From Octopus sinensis (taxonomy: Eukaryota): DNA of 64,000 bases. Shown one piece after another: positions 62,250-64,000 of the stretch; the stretch's first letter is position 1, and each line of letters starts with the position of its first letter. A program made the translations under genes and the position numbers. Where the stretch lies: assembly GCF_006345805.1 (NCBI RefSeq), contig NC_043013.1, forward strand, positions 8,184,001 to 8,248,000, read 5' to 3'. The notes beneath the pieces are model-generated. The model searched no databases. It saw nothing but the letters and a program-made list of their open reading frames with translations, and was not told the DNA's origin.

Positions 62250-62745
62250 CTTATTTCTTTATCACCCACAAGGGGCTAAACACAAGAGGGGACAAACTAG
62301 GACAGACAAAGGGATTAAGTCGATTACATCGACCCCAGTGTGTAACTGGTCTTAATTTATCAACCCCCAAAAGGATGAAAGGGGTATCTGTTCTGGTTCT
62401 GTTCTCTGTACTGGCACTTGGTTATAATGGTAAGGGTTCTAGTTGAGCTATCAATGGAACAACCTGCTTATGAAATTAATGTGCAAGTGATTGAGAACTC
62501 CATCAACATGCATACCCTTAATGTAGTTCTCAGGGAGATTCAGCGTGACACAGAATGTGACAAAGCTGGCACATTGAAATACAGGTACAATTCATTTTTG
62601 GCAGCTGAGTGAACTGGAGCAACGTGAAATGACGTGTCTTGCTCAAGGACACAGTGTATCAATGCATCACTGGGAATTGAACCCATGACCTTGCGATCGT
62701 GAGCTGAGTACCCTAATCCCTAAGCCATGCACCCTCACTCTATTC
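62250..62745 (-). mobile_element. Family B fragment (62250-62385) plus tRNA SINE with family E-type body (62440-62745)
   Basis: The second element matches the 28142-28523 body with a CORE-like head. Confidence 0.75.
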
Positions 62746-63699
62746 TCTGTACACTGAGTTCAGATATGAGTGATGGTTAGTCCACATTCTACAAGGAGCA
62801 CACGGTTAGTTTCCAGGTTTCTCTAGCATATATGTATTCCTCGATGGACAGAACACTGATCAGTCACATGATTACTCATTGTTACCAGATGTATTTTACT
62901 CTAGAACACAATGCATCGCCATGTACAGGGATCGAAACCACAATCTTATGATCATGAGTCCAATGCCCTAACTGCTAAACCATGCACTTCTGTAAAATAT
63001 GACTGAGGTCGACTTTATAATTCCCAGGACTAATGAATAAAGTACTAGTCAAGTACTGGAGTTGGTTCTTCTCCCCACCTCACTCTCTGTATTTGTCTGT
63101 CTGTCTCTCTCATTATCTCTGTCTCTCTTTCTCTCCAAATTGCCTACATCGTGTTTTGAGAAATGTTATGCTGTGAAGAGACCACTTACAGCATCCCTTA
63201 CTCCAAACATGAAGAAGAGTTTAGTGATGTACCAACAGCCAGATATGGAAAAATTGCTACGTCTCTGGAACCATGCAAAGATAAGCCAATGTGTAGCATG
63301 TCAAGTGAGGGGCACTGTCAGCCAGGTTGTAGACCCTTGGTTAACTTAATGGCTTTTGATTTAGGCACAAGGTCAATCAATAATTTTGAGGGGCAGGTAC
63401 TTTATATTATCGACCCCTAGGGTACCATTAGCAGAGCCTATTGTGCAGCAAGCATTATGACCAGGTGTCCGATTTAAGGAAAACCTCTTTCCTCTCTCTC
63501 CCTGCTACTCTTTCTCTACATTCCGTCCTCTCTCCATCCTTCCCCTCCTCCTTTATTCCCTACCTCTCTCCTATTTCAGAGGGACTTGTAAAGGACTATG
63601 GATACCGTTTTTCCACCTGACTAAAAAAAACAAAATGGTTTGTGACATCCATGCCTTGCTATTTGTAGCAATAACAAGTCAGGATTTTTATGCCTTATT

Positions 63700-63708
63700 A
63701 TCATTCTT

Positions 63709-63798
<90 letters not shown>

Positions 63799-63816
63799 TT
63801 TATTTTTATTAATATT

Positions 63817-63848
<32 letters not shown>

Positions 63849-63890
63849 TATTATTATTATCATTATTATTATTATCATTATTATTGATGA
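63700..63890. repeat. Compound (TTC)n(TTA)n(TCA)n microsatellite
   Basis: Directly visible. Confidence 0.95.
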
Positions 63891-63899
63891 TAATACAAG

Positions 63900-64000
63900 T
63901 GAGGCCATGTGGTTTAGTGTTTAGAGTATTTGACTCTCAAGTCATAAGGCCATAAGTTCGATTCCCTGTGACACACTGTGTCCTTGAACAAGACACTTCA
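63900..64000 (+). mobile_element. CORE-like SINE head, cut by the window edge
   Basis: gtggtttagtgtttag...agttcgattccc...gtgtccttgaacaagacac. Confidence 0.7.

Overview
AT-rich, microsatellite-saturated animal genomic DNA. The repeat families suggest an octopus or other cephalopod; this is inference, not a database result. No intact protein-coding gene, rRNA, true tRNA or CRISPR array can be supported, and most ORFs in the supplied track are translations of simple repeats. The window is dominated by several tRNA-derived SINE families: one with an internal microsatellite and a CR1-like tail, a dimeric Meta-domain-like family, and CORE-like and V-domain-like families. It also holds 5'-truncated LINE ends (RTE, BovB-like, RTE-X-like, CR1-like, and R4/Dong-like with a restriction-like endonuclease), a Penelope GIY-YIG fragment, three copies of one internally deleted mariner, a maT-like fragment, two non-autonomous Helitrons and a hAT-type MITE. 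Two signals are not explained by these annotations. (1) The unique islands between repeats repeatedly translate, always on the + strand and with stops and frameshifts, into LRR-, LRRCT-, transmembrane- and TIR-like motifs, suggesting a decayed tandem array of Toll-like-receptor genes shredded by transposons; this rests on by-eye motif matching and needs frameshift-aware HMM tests. (2) There is a series of fold-back (inverted-repeat) structures, the largest carrying two oppositely oriented hammerhead-ribozyme-like motifs. SINE boundaries are approximate.
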